Positions 1 to 9,239 of a DNA stretch of 64,000 nt are shown piece after piece. The position numbers were made by a program, and so were the translations under genes. How positions within the stretch are numbered: the first letter of the stretch is position 1; each line of letters opens with the position of its first letter. The notes below the pieces were generated by a model. It did no database searches, was not told the origin of the DNA, and was given only the letters and a program-made list of their open reading frames with translations. Source of the stretch: an uncultured Gammaproteobacteria bacterium (GTDB lineage: Bacteria; Patescibacteriota; Patescibacteriia; Magasanikbacterales; GWA2-37-8); NCBI GenBank assembly GCA_964496095.1, contig CAZBWU010000005.1:19704-83703 (forward strand). The letters run 5' to 3'.

Positions 1-20
1 CACACTTTGGTGCGCAAGCG

Positions 21-620
21 GTGCAAGTTTTAAATACTCAAGTTTTTTCTAGTGGAGAGAATAAATTTAATGTAGTGGCTGAGCTGGTCAATCCAAACAA
101 ACAGTTTTTGGTTAAGTTCAATTATTATTTTATCGTGAATGATAAAAAAACATCTGCGCAAGCAGGATTCTTGCTTCCAGGCGAGACTAGGCCTGTGGCT
201 GAATTGGGCTTGGCTGATGGTGTTGGTGCTACACCAACCATAGTGTTGGAGAATATAAAATATGAAAGGATTAATAATCGCATGACTCCAGACCCAATGG
301 GCTGGCAAGCTTATAGATTGAATTTTCAAGTGAGTGATTTTGTTTTCTTGAAATCTTTGGCGCAAGAAGGGAATAATGCCGATGCCATTCAATTTAAATT
401 AACCAATGGTAGCCCGTATAGTTATGTGGCTCCGGATTTTTATGTGGCTTTATTGCAAAATGATCAGATGGTTGGTATCCTGCCTTTACATTTAGATTCT
501 ATAAATTCTTTGGAAACAAAAAACATTGACCTTCGCAGTTTGTTGCCGGGGTTAAATGTTAGTGCCATTTCTGTCTATCCGCTGATCAATGTCTATGATA
601 GCGGTGTGTATGTCCCTTAA
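21..620 (+). CDS. Hypothetical protein (probably 5'-truncated by the window edge)
   Basis: Open frame continues to the window start; beta-rich sequence with no recognised motif. Confidence 0.6.
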   Translation: MQVLNTQVFSSGENKFNVVAELVNPNKQFLVKFNYYFIVNDKKTSAQAGFLLPGETRPVAELGLADGVGATPTIVLENIKYERINNRMTPDPMGWQAYRLNFQVSDFVFLKSLAQEGNNADAIQFKLTNGSPYSYVAPDFYVALLQNDQMVGILPLHLDSINSLETKNIDLRSLLPGLNVSAISVYPLINVYDSGVYVP

Positions 621-626
621 TATAAC

Positions 627-778
627 TGTCATCCCGAGGGATCTCTGTCTCAATTGTCATTCCCGCAACAGCGGGAATCCAGATAATTTAATTGTGTATT
701 TGATCCCCGATCAGGTCGGGTATAACAACGACTGAACGGGACAGAGATTCCTCACCCCGTAAAGGGTTCGGAATGACA
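627..778. repeat. Nested TGTCAT...ATGACA palindromic repeat (outer 627-778, inner 655-727)
   Basis: Outer ends TGTCATCCCGA / TCGGAATGACA with inner arms GATCTCTGTC / GACAGAGATTC; a second element TGTCATTCCCGCAACAGCGGGAATCC...CGGGTATAACA sits in the loop. Confidence 0.85.
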
Positions 779-788
779 AATAAAAATT

Positions 789-1883
789 ATGTTCAATTTT
801 GGTAAACTATCACCCCGAACTTTTGATTGGCAGATTTTTATCTGTATAGTTTTTTTGGTTATGATTGGTTTGGTATCTGTTTATAGTGTGGACCTTTCTC
901 GTGGTTCTGAACTTTTTTATTTTAAAAAACAATTATTATCTTTTGGGATTGGTCTGGGGCTTTTTTTTACTGCTAGTCTCAGTCAACATAATCTGTGGCG
1001 CTACTTGGCCAAGTGGTGGTATTTATTTTCTGCGCTTTTACTTTTGGCGGTATTATTTTTGGGTGAGGTTATTAGAGGTACCAGAGGCTGGTTTTCTGTC
1101 GCCGGGTTTTCTTTTCAGCCAGTGGAGATGGCAAAGATCGGACTTATTTTAATGCTTGCCTATATTATTTCTCGTTTTGGTCGCAGGTTTGACCGGCCGT
1201 TATTCTTTTTTGGTACGGGTCTTGTCACTCTGGTTTTGATTGGTCTGGTAATGTTACAGCCAGATTTAGGTTCTGCTTTTTTGTTGGGCGCTATTTGGTT
1301 GGGAATGGTTTGGGCAGTCGGAGCTCGTCGCCTATATTTAGGTGGATTAGTAGTAGCTATGGCAGTATTAGCCGTTGTTGGTTGGTTTTTTTTCTTACAA
1401 GATTATCAAAAAGATCGTCTAGCAAATTTCATTGATCCTGGTCGGGATCCTTTTAATAGTGGTTACAATGTTGCTCAATCAGCGATTGCAATTGGGGCTG
1501 GTCAATTATTTGGTCGGGGGTTAGGTTTTGGTTCGCAGAGTCAGTTGCGATTTTTACCAGAAGCCCAGACAGACTTTGTTTTTTCGGTGATTGGCGAAGA
1601 GCTTGGTTTGGCTGGTGTGCTCGTAATGCTGGTTTTATTTGGTATTTTGTTTTGGCGATTTTTATTGATAATCAGAAAATCTAACGATGATTTTGTGGCT
1701 ACAGCTGCCACCGGTATCTTAATCCTGTTTTTTGTGCAGTTGCTTACTAATGTTGGGGCCAATCTTGGCCTTTTGCCTATCACTGGTGTCACCCTGCCAT
1801 TTGTCAGCTACGGGGGCTCTTCTTTGGTTATAAACCTACTCCTGGTGGGTATTTTGGAGAGTATGATCGTGAAGAATTATTGA
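789..1883 (+). CDS. rodA: Rod shape-determining SEDS protein RodA/FtsW
   Basis: Multi-TM protein with FQPVEMAK, LQPDLGSA, LPEAQTDFVF and PITGVTLPFVSYGGSSL motifs. Confidence 0.9.
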   Translation: MFNFGKLSPRTFDWQIFICIVFLVMIGLVSVYSVDLSRGSELFYFKKQLLSFGIGLGLFFTASLSQHNLWRYLAKWWYLFSALLLLAVLFLGEVIRGTRGWFSVAGFSFQPVEMAKIGLILMLAYIISRFGRRFDRPLFFFGTGLVTLVLIGLVMLQPDLGSAFLLGAIWLGMVWAVGARRLYLGGLVVAMAVLAVVGWFFFLQDYQKDRLANFIDPGRDPFNSGYNVAQSAIAIGAGQLFGRGLGFGSQSQLRFLPEAQTDFVFSVIGEELGLAGVLVMLVLFGILFWRFLLIIRKSNDDFVATAATGILILFFVQLLTNVGANLGLLPITGVTLPFVSYGGSSLVINLLLVGILESMIVKNY

Positions 1884-1898
1884 TTAGGATAGGTGGGG

Positions 1899-1927
1899 TT
1901 GACATTTTTTGCAAAATCCTTTAGTAT
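1899..1927 (+). promoter_or_regulatory. Sigma70-type promoter
   Basis: TTGACA-17nt-TAGTAT upstream of the 1946 ORF and rplY. Confidence 0.6.
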
Positions 1928-1945
1928 TAGTCCATACAAAAATAT

Positions 1946-2302
1946 ATGTTAGAAAAAGATGGCAAGTCAGATTCTTGGAAAAAAACCTTAAAATTTATCA
2001 GTAATTGCCCAGTCTGCAAAACGGAATATAAACCGGAAGCGGTGAAATTGCTGAACAATGAAAATAATACCCAAAGTCATTTGGGACAGGATGAGTCTAG
2101 ATTTGTGCATTTTACCTGCCATAATTGTAAAACCAATTTTATGGCCATGGTGATGATGATCTCAAAAGGCATCAGCACTGTCGGTATGATTACAGATTTA
2201 AATTTTTCCGATGTTGAGAGGTTATACAAAATGCCACCATTAACAGTAGATGAATTAATAGAAGCAAGACAATTTATAAACAGTAAAAATTTTAAGTTAT
2301 AA
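1946..2302 (+). CDS. Hypothetical zinc-ribbon protein
   Basis: CPVC...CHNC pairs; directly upstream of rplY. Confidence 0.7.
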   Translation: MLEKDGKSDSWKKTLKFISNCPVCKTEYKPEAVKLLNNENNTQSHLGQDESRFVHFTCHNCKTNFMAMVMMISKGISTVGMITDLNFSDVERLYKMPPLTVDELIEARQFINSKNFKL

Positions 2303-2306
2303 GTAT

Positions 2307-3020
2307 ATGTCATTTAAACTATCAGCCACCACCCGCAATGTTAAAGGAGAAAAAATCAGAACCAGAACTGCTATTCCGGCTGTTGTTTATGGTATGGGCG
2401 GAAAAGCAACTTCAATCACAATTGGTTACGAAGATTTTGCGAAATTATATCGCGAAGCTGGTGAAGCTAGTTTGATTGATTTGTTTTTGGATGATAAAGA
2501 AGATGGTAAAGTTTTGATTCAAGACATTGCTTACGATCCAGTAAGTGACTTGATGACTCATGCTGATTTGCGCAGAATTGATATGAATAAGACTTTGACT
2601 GCGACTGTGGAGTTGCGATTCATTGGCGAAGCTTCAGTTATTAAGGAACAAGGCGGAACTTTGATGCGCAATCTTACTGAAGTTGAGGTACAATGTTTAC
2701 CAAAGGATTTGATTTCCCATATTGATGTTGATATTTCTGTTCTTAAGACTTTTGATGATTTAATTAAAGTACAAGATTTGCCAGTCCCATCTACTGTTAC
2801 TATTACAAGTCCTAATGCAGAAGATTTGGTAGCCAAAGCCACTCCAGCTATGAGTGAAGAAGAGATGAAGGCTTTGGAAGCGGTAGCTGCTCCAGTTGAC
2901 TTGAGTAAGATTGAATCTGCTGGCAAGAAGAAAGAAGAGGGTGAAGAAGGCGATGAAGCAGAAGCTGGCGCACCTGCTAAAGGCGCTGCCCCTGCTGGTA
3001 AAGATGAGGCTAAGAAATAA
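2307..3020 (+). CDS. rplY: 50S ribosomal protein L25/Ctc
   Basis: IPAVVYG, HADL, EVEVQCLP motifs and an acidic tail. Confidence 0.93.
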   Translation: MSFKLSATTRNVKGEKIRTRTAIPAVVYGMGGKATSITIGYEDFAKLYREAGEASLIDLFLDDKEDGKVLIQDIAYDPVSDLMTHADLRRIDMNKTLTATVELRFIGEASVIKEQGGTLMRNLTEVEVQCLPKDLISHIDVDISVLKTFDDLIKVQDLPVPSTVTITSPNAEDLVAKATPAMSEEEMKALEAVAAPVDLSKIESAGKKKEEGEEGDEAEAGAPAKGAAPAGKDEAKK

Positions 3021-3046
3021 AGTTATATATCTAACAACTTTCATTA

Positions 3047-3089
3047 AATTAAAAAACAGGCTACAATGTAAAGAGCCTGTTTTTTAATT
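3047..3089. terminator. Intrinsic terminator after rplY
   Basis: AATTAAAAAACAGGCT...AGCCTGTTTTTTAATT hairpin. Confidence 0.75.
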
Positions 3090-3101
3090 ATTATTAAGTC
3101 T

Positions 3102-4148
3102 ATGCCAAAAAATTATAAACTACTTTCACTGATAGCCGGCCTGCTTACTTTGTCTTGTTTTTTAATTGGTTATTTTATTGTGGGTTATTTTTCTCTTATT
3201 CAATTTTCTCAGGCTATGGCTGATAATGATTTTCTTGTTAGCGCCAAAAGGTATACTAATAGTCTAGATGGACAAGTAGTAAAAACCAAAAATGAAACAG
3301 TTTCGGCTGTGGTAGGGATAATGATTGAAACTCACCCAGATGCCCGTCCAATGATTGGATTCTCCAAAGCCAAGATTGTTTATGAAGCTCCGGTAGAAGG
3401 AAGCTTTACTCGTTATCTAGCCATTTTTGATAGCAAACAAAATGTGCCAAAAATTGGACCAGTGCGTAGTGCTCGGCCATACTTTATAGATTGGTTGCAA
3501 GAATATGGCGCTGGGCTATATATGCATTCAGGTGGTTCGCCAGAGGCTTTGAGTTTAATAAAATCTAGAAATATTTTTGATGCCAATGAATTTTATTGGG
3601 GCCAGTATTATTGGCGTGACCAAGTGAGATTTGCTCCGCACAATCTGTATACAAGTAGTGATAATTGGAGGAAAATTTTGGATAAGTATGGCAATAACAA
3701 AGAACAATTTGGTCCGGCCAAGGCTTGGAAATATACAGCTATCGTGGGTAAGACGATTGCCAGTGACAGTAAGTTAAGTATTGATTTTAATTCAAGCTAT
3801 GGCGTGATGTGGAATTATGATTCGAAGTCCTTGCTTTATGTTCGCAGTGTCAATGGCAACAAAGAAAAAGATGCCGATGGTGCCGGAGTTTTTGCTCGAA
3901 ATGTGATTGTGCAATTTACCGATGTACAGCTAATTGCTGGTGATGATAGTGGTAGAAGAACTGTTCAGACTCTTGGTGGTGGTAAAGCTATGGTTTTAAA
4001 AAAAGGAAGTATTATTAATGGAACTTGGGAGAAGAAAACTTTGACTGACCGTACTAGGTTTTATGATAAAAATCACAGAGAAATTTTACTCGCCCCGGGT
4101 AATACTTGGGTAGAAGTAGTGCCAAATGAGGCCAAAATTTCAGGTTAG
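3102..4148 (+). CDS. DUF3048 (YerB-like) membrane-anchored protein
   Basis: N-terminal TM; VYEAPVEG..TRY, IGPVRSARPYF, APHNLY, GNTWVEVV motifs. Confidence 0.85.
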   Translation: MPKNYKLLSLIAGLLTLSCFLIGYFIVGYFSLIQFSQAMADNDFLVSAKRYTNSLDGQVVKTKNETVSAVVGIMIETHPDARPMIGFSKAKIVYEAPVEGSFTRYLAIFDSKQNVPKIGPVRSARPYFIDWLQEYGAGLYMHSGGSPEALSLIKSRNIFDANEFYWGQYYWRDQVRFAPHNLYTSSDNWRKILDKYGNNKEQFGPAKAWKYTAIVGKTIASDSKLSIDFNSSYGVMWNYDSKSLLYVRSVNGNKEKDADGAGVFARNVIVQFTDVQLIAGDDSGRRTVQTLGGGKAMVLKKGSIINGTWEKKTLTDRTRFYDKNHREILLAPGNTWVEVVPNEAKISG

Positions 4149-4993
4149 TCCTTCGTTATTTTAACTAGCCTGTCTAGTCCCGCCAAGTCTTTTTTTATTT
4201 CTATTTTTGCACCAGGTAATATTTGTGCAATTAAGTTTGAGATGGTTTTTGTTTGGGAGGGGTCTATCTCTAAAAGAAGGAGTAGGTTGTGGGGAGGGGG
4301 TAGTAATTTTATTTGTTTTAATAATTCTTCGTATAGGGTTAGGCCTTGTTTGTTTGCTACCAGTGCATTTTTTGGTTCTTTTTGAATAGACGGTTCGTTT
4401 TGAAATTGTTGTTCGGTGATGTAGGGAAGATTGGCACTTATAATAAGCTGATTAGCTTGCAGGTTGTAGTTTTTTAGAATTGGTTCAAGTAAATTGCCTT
4501 GTAAAAAATTTATTTTTACCTCATGTGTTTTTGCATTTTTTTTGGCTACTTGTAGAGCTGGTTTAGATATATCAATCGCAAAAGTTTGGGTAGGTTCTTT
4601 TATATTTTTCAAAATTGAAATTGGAATACAGCCACTGCCTGTGCCAACGTCAATTAAAATATTCTTTTCGTTTTTTGTTTTTAATTCGTTATTCAAAATG
4701 CTTACAACTTCTTCTACCATCATTTCTGTTTCTGGGCGGGGGATTAAGACTTTTTTATTCACAAAAAAATCAAGGCCATAGAATTCTTTGTGGCCAATAA
4801 TAACAGCGACAGAGTAGCCTTTTTTTCGCAGATAAATAAAGTATGCTAAAGAGATCTTTTCTAAAAAAGATAGACTGTATTCTGGATGTATAAGTATGAA
4901 GTTCTTTGGTTTGTGAATGCTTTTGGCAAGGAGAAGTTCTAGGTCTAAGTTGTCTAGAGAGCTATATTTTTTTTGTAATTCACGAATGGTCAT
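4145..4993 (-). CDS. prmC: Release factor glutamine methyltransferase PrmC/HemK
   Basis: VLIPRPETE, DVGTGSGCI, ANLPY; follows prfA. Confidence 0.93.
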   Translation of the reverse strand: MTIRELQKKYSSLDNLDLELLLAKSIHKPKNFILIHPEYSLSFLEKISLAYFIYLRKKGYSVAVIIGHKEFYGLDFFVNKKVLIPRPETEMMVEEVVSILNNELKTKNEKNILIDVGTGSGCIPISILKNIKEPTQTFAIDISKPALQVAKKNAKTHEVKINFLQGNLLEPILKNYNLQANQLIISANLPYITEQQFQNEPSIQKEPKNALVANKQGLTLYEELLKQIKLLPPPHNLLLLLEIDPSQTKTISNLIAQILPGAKIEIKKDLAGLDRLVKITKD

Positions 4994-5001
4994 AACCCGG
5001 T

Positions 5002-6084
5002 TTATTCGTCATCGTCTTCTGCACCAGCGCTATCAAAGCCTTCGGCTTCAGCCTTGCGAACAGCTTCAATGATTGGTTCCAATTCGCCATTTAAAATTCT
5101 AGGAATACTGTTCCAGTTCTGGTGGATACGATGATCAGTGATGCGATCCTGAGGGAAATTATAAGTACGGATTTTTTCACTGCGATCGCCAGTACCGATC
5201 TGAGATCTGCGTTTTTCAGTAATTGCTTTCATTTTTTCTTCACGTTCGGCTGCGTAGATACGGGCGCGAAGCACGGCCATGGCTTTTTCTTTGTTCGCAG
5301 CTTGAGAGCGTTCGTCTTGGCACTGAACCATTATGTTTGTTGGAATATGGATAATACGCACAGCCGAGTAGGTAGTGTTAACACTTTGACCACCGGCGCC
5401 ACCAGCACAGAAGGTGTCAATGCGTAAATCTTTAGCTTCAATTTTTATTTCAGTTTCTTCGATTTCTGGAAGTACGGCCACGGTAATAGTGGAAGTATGA
5501 ATACGTCCGGCTTTTTCGGTGTCAGGCACTCTTTGGACTCTGTGCACACCCATTTCGTATTTGAGATCTTTGTAAACATTTTTACCTTTGATAGAAAAAA
5601 TAACTTCTTTAAAACCGCCGATACCAATACGGTTAACATCAAGCATTTCGGTTTTCCAACGTCTATTTTCAGCGTAGTGGCAATACATGCGATATACTTC
5701 GGCTGCAAACAAAGCGGATTCATCTCCGCCCACACCGGCTCTGATTTCCATAATCACACTTTTTTTATCAAATGGATCTTGGGGTCTAGTCATTTCGTCT
5801 AGTTCTTTTTCAAGTGATGCTTTTTTGGTTTCCAAATCCGGTAGTTCGGCTTTGGCCATTTCTTTCATTTGTTCGTCTGTTTCATTATCTATAATTGACT
5901 GAGTTTCTGACAGGGCTTTTTCTATTGTGGCTAGTTCATTAATTTTTTCAGCTACGGGCTTGAGTTCGGTATATTCTTGAGATATCTCCTTTATTTTTTT
6001 AGGGTCATTAAGCACAGCCGGATTTTGTAAATCAGCTTCAAGTTGCTGGAATCTATTTTGAGCGTCTATGTATTTTTTTTGCAT
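5002..6084 (-). CDS. prfA: Peptide chain release factor 1
   Basis: GGQ motif (GAGGQSVN), [10 protein letters not shown] (PxT), [14 protein letters not shown]. Confidence 0.97.
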   Translation of the reverse strand: MQKKYIDAQNRFQQLEADLQNPAVLNDPKKIKEISQEYTELKPVAEKINELATIEKALSETQSIIDNETDEQMKEMAKAELPDLETKKASLEKELDEMTRPQDPFDKKSVIMEIRAGVGGDESALFAAEVYRMYCHYAENRRWKTEMLDVNRIGIGGFKEVIFSIKGKNVYKDLKYEMGVHRVQRVPDTEKAGRIHTSTITVAVLPEIEETEIKIEAKDLRIDTFCAGGAGGQSVNTTYSAVRIIHIPTNIMVQCQDERSQAANKEKAMAVLRARIYAAEREEKMKAITEKRRSQIGTGDRSEKIRTYNFPQDRITDHRIHQNWNSIPRILNGELEPIIEAVRKAEAEGFDSAGAEDDDE

Positions 6085-6095
6085 ATTTTTTTGTT

Positions 6096-6197
6096 ATCCC
6101 CTCCTTTCCAAGGAGGGGTAGGGGTGGTTTGCCGAAGTCGCAGTAACGGCAACCACCCCGACCATAAATGGTCGCCCCTCCTTGGAAAGGAGGGGAT
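6096..6197. repeat. CCCCTCC/GGAGGGG-type REP-like palindromic element
   Basis: 23-bp perfect inverted ends ATCCCCTCCTTTCCAAGGAGGGG / CCCCTCCTTGGAAAGGAGGGGAT; inner stem GGGGTGGTTTGCCG / CGGCAACCACCCC. Confidence 0.85.
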
Positions 6198-6282
6198 GCC
6201 GGACAGCTCCCCATTTATACAACTTATTAAAAAAACAGACTAAATCAAAAGTATTATAGTCTGTTTTTAGAAATTTTTATAG

Positions 6283-6579
6283 CTAAGCCTTTTTGTCAGC
6301 AGCTTTCTTTGCAGATTTTTTGTCAGCCGCTCTAGCCTTTTTTACTTTTTGGCCTTTGCGAACAGCAGCCGCGCCTGTTTGTTTGTCAGTGCGTTCTTGG
6401 AATTTCTCTACACGTCTAGCTGTGTCAACAAACTTTTGTTTGCCGGTATAAAAAGGATGACACTTGTTGCAAAGTTCCACGCGGATGGTTTTGAGGGTAC
6501 TTCCAGTGATAAATTTGTTACCACAAGCACAGATTACTTCTGTATCATTGTTATATTGTGGGTGGATATCTTTCTGCAT
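6283..6579 (-). CDS. rpmE: 50S ribosomal protein L31 (Zn-binding type)
   Basis: [26 protein letters not shown]. Confidence 0.96.
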   Translation of the reverse strand: MQKDIHPQYNNDTEVICACGNKFITGSTLKTIRVELCNKCHPFYTGKQKFVDTARRVEKFQERTDKQTGAAAVRKGQKVKKARAADKKSAKKAADKKA

Positions 6580-6631
6580 AAGTTTGAAAAAAGTTTTAAT
6601 AATGGTATTATGTTAGCATAATATTTAAAGA

Positions 6632-7237
6632 ATGTCAACTATGAATACCTATAAACGAGATATTGAGTTTCTGTTTGAAGTTGGCTCGATGCGTAATATG
6701 CAAAGAGGTTGGCGACAGCACCTGGCTATGGATTGTGCTAATGACTTAGAGCATACTTATAGAGTCCTTTGGCTAGCCCTAATCATTGCTCGTCATGAAG
6801 GCGTTTCTAATGAGGAAAAAATAATGAAAATGGCTTTAGTTCATGATGTGGCGGAAACCAGGGTAAGCGATTTGAGCTATGTACAGAAAGTTTATGTTGA
6901 GGCTGATGAAAAACGAGCTGGTTTCGATATGTTTCAGGCCACATGTTTAGAGGATTTGTTTAGTAGTACACTTCTCGATTATGAGAAGCGTGATTCAATT
7001 GAAGCAAAAATTGTAAAAGATGCTGATAATTTAGATATTGATTTTGAGTTAAAAGAAATGGCTGAACGTGGCTCAAAGCTACCAGAAAAATGGCAAGGAT
7101 TTAGAGAAATGATAAGAAAGGAAAAACTATATACAGATTCGGCCAAAGAATTGTGGGATTTATTACAGAAAGTTGATGTGGCTGATTGGCATATGACTGC
7201 CAATAAATGGATAAAAATCCCTAAGGCAGGACTTTAA
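6632..7237 (+). CDS. HD-domain phosphohydrolase (YfbR/HDDC2-like)
   Basis: R.GW, EHTYRV, ALVHDVAE, VKDADNLD. Confidence 0.85.
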   Translation: MSTMNTYKRDIEFLFEVGSMRNMQRGWRQHLAMDCANDLEHTYRVLWLALIIARHEGVSNEEKIMKMALVHDVAETRVSDLSYVQKVYVEADEKRAGFDMFQATCLEDLFSSTLLDYEKRDSIEAKIVKDADNLDIDFELKEMAERGSKLPEKWQGFREMIRKEKLYTDSAKELWDLLQKVDVADWHMTANKWIKIPKAGL

Positions 7238-7240
7238 CTA

Positions 7241-7269
7241 TTGACTAATCTCGGTCATTCCTATATAAT
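7241..7269 (+). promoter_or_regulatory. Sigma70 promoter of rpsB-tsf
   Basis: TTGACT-17nt-TATAAT. Confidence 0.7.
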
Positions 7270-7357
7270 CCACCCATCTTAATTAACTCTCGCCAGCTAT
7301 CTTTTTCCTCCCTTGGACCACTCCGGGGCAAGGCTGGGAGGCAATAATAAGGAAAAT

Positions 7358-8173
7358 ATGTCTAGAAAAATGCCAACATTGTTGGAAATGTTGAAGGCCG
7401 GTGTTCATTTCGGCCATCAAAAATCACGCTGGCACCCCAAGATGGAACAGTTCATCTTTGGTGTTCGCAACGGAGTTCACATTATCGACTTAGAAAAAAC
7501 TCAAGCTCAACTTGAGAAAGCTTTGGATTATACTCGTAACTTGGCCAGCAAAGGTCAGGTAATTTTATTTGTGGGCACAAAACGTCAAGCTCGCGAAGCC
7601 ATCAAAGAAGCTGCTCTATCCTGCGAAATGCCATATTTGGTAGAACGCTGGATTGGTGGACTTCTCACAAACTTCGAAGAAGTAAAACGTCGTTTGAAGA
7701 AATATAAAAATTTGAAAGAACAATTTGCTAGCGGAGAAATTGAGAAGTATACTAAGAAAGAGCAAGTTGTCATGAAAAAACAATTAGAAAAGTTAGATAA
7801 ATATCTTATCGGTTTAACTGCTTTGGAAAGATTGCCAGACGCAGTCTATATTGCCGATATGAGAACCGAAAAAACCGCTTTGGCTGAAACAGAAAGAACT
7901 GAAGTGCCAACCGTAGCTGTTTGCGATACCAACACCAACCCAAATAAAGTTAACTACCCAATTCCTGCTAATGATGATGCGGTTAACTCTATCAAATTGA
8001 TTGCCGACCTTATGGCCGAAGCAGTCAACGAAGGTAGAAAAGAATTTGAAAAGAAAAAACTTGAGAAAGCTAAAGAAGAACCAGCTGTAAAACAAAAAGC
8101 TGCTCAAGAAAAAGAAGAAGCTCCTGCTAGTTCTACAACTAGAAGAGCTCTTAAAAAAGATACTTCTATTTAA
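7358..8173 (+). CDS. rpsB: 30S ribosomal protein S2 (start moved to ATG 7358)
   Basis: AGVHFGHQ, WHPKM, RWIGGLLTN, PANDDA. Confidence 0.96.
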   Translation: MSRKMPTLLEMLKAGVHFGHQKSRWHPKMEQFIFGVRNGVHIIDLEKTQAQLEKALDYTRNLASKGQVILFVGTKRQAREAIKEAALSCEMPYLVERWIGGLLTNFEEVKRRLKKYKNLKEQFASGEIEKYTKKEQVVMKKQLEKLDKYLIGLTALERLPDAVYIADMRTEKTALAETERTEVPTVAVCDTNTNPNKVNYPIPANDDAVNSIKLIADLMAEAVNEGRKEFEKKKLEKAKEEPAVKQKAAQEKEEAPASSTTRRALKKDTSI

Positions 8174-8279
8174 GAATTGCACGAATGTCCTGCCAGACCA
8201 CGAATTCTACAAATTTATTTGTCTGATTCATGGGGCTCAAGCCCATTCGTATTTATTCATCAAATCAAATTAAAAACAT

Positions 8280-9152
8280 ATGTCAATTACAGCCTCAGAC
8301 GTAGCCAAACTCCGATCCCTTACCGGCGCAGGTATGATGGATTGCAAAAAAGCACTGGACGAAGCTGAAGGGGATATGGAAAAGGCTGGAGAAATTTTAC
8401 GTAAAAAAGGTATTATTAAGGCTGCAAAAAGAACAGATAAGGTAGCGGCTGAAGGTACAACCTTGGTAAAAGTAAGCGGTGATACAGCCGTTGTTGTAGA
8501 AGTAAACTCCGAAACAGATTTTGTTGCTCAAAACGAAGACTTCAAGAAATTGGTTGGTGATTTTGCTAGCGCTTTACTAGCTGAAAAACCAGCGAGTGTT
8601 GAGGCAGCAATGAGTGTGGTTTTTGAAGGACAGTCTTTGCAAGATCGCCTAAATAATCTCACTGCCAAAATAGGTGAGAAAATTTCTTTGCGTCGTTTTG
8701 AAGTAGTAGAAAAAACTTCTAGTGATGCCTTTGGTTCTTACTCACACTTGGGTGGAAAAATTTCTGTTTTGATTTTACTGCAAAATACTACTGATGCAAA
8801 CTTGGCTACGGATGTGGCAATGCATGCTGCGGCCAGCAATCCAAAATATGTCAGTCGTGATGAAGTTTCTGCCGAGCTTGTTGAAAAAGAAAAAGAAATC
8901 TATACAGATCAACTTAAGCAACAAGGCAAGCCAGAAGCGGCTATTGCTAACATCTTAAAAGGTAAACTAGATAAATTTTATAGTGAAATTTGTCTATTAG
9001 AACAGCCTTTCATCAAAGATGAAGAAAAGACTATTCAAAAACTTGTTGGTGAAAGTGTGCAGGTAGCCAAGATGGTCCGATTTGAACTTGGTGATGGTAT
9101 TACCAAAGAAACAACAGATTTCGCTGCTGAAGTAGAAGCTCAATTGAAATAA
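8280..9152 (+). CDS. tsf: Elongation factor Ts
   Basis: LRSLTGAGMMDCKKAL, EVNSETDFVA. Confidence 0.97.
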   Translation: MSITASDVAKLRSLTGAGMMDCKKALDEAEGDMEKAGEILRKKGIIKAAKRTDKVAAEGTTLVKVSGDTAVVVEVNSETDFVAQNEDFKKLVGDFASALLAEKPASVEAAMSVVFEGQSLQDRLNNLTAKIGEKISLRRFEVVEKTSSDAFGSYSHLGGKISVLILLQNTTDANLATDVAMHAAASNPKYVSRDEVSAELVEKEKEIYTDQLKQQGKPEAAIANILKGKLDKFYSEICLLEQPFIKDEEKTIQKLVGESVQVAKMVRFELGDGITKETTDFAAEVEAQLK

Positions 9153-9172
9153 GAAAATACTCTAAAAAACAA

Positions 9173-9206
9173 AAATACCCAGCCATTGTGCTGGGTATTT
9201 CTTTTT
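9173..9206 (+). terminator. Intrinsic terminator after tsf
   Basis: AAATACCCAGC / GCTGGGTATTT stem plus T tract. Confidence 0.75.
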
Positions 9207-9239
9207 GGTATACTCCTAACATAATTAAAATTGATTTTT

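Noticed and set aside
2070-2086. CCCAAAGTCATTTGGG hairpin within the zinc-ribbon ORF as another in-frame insertion
   Set aside because: Only a 6-bp stem; cannot be told from chance without an ortholog alignment.
6043-6243. Short ORFs overlapping repeats (also 18929-19162, 42615-42800, 52729-53148, 55166-55471)
   Set aside because: Explained by palindromic repeats or antisense frames of real genes.
8177-8368. 63-aa ORF and CACGAAT/ATTCGT repeats between rpsB and tsf
   Set aside because: The ORF overlaps tsf out of frame; the short repeats are too degenerate to define an element from one copy.
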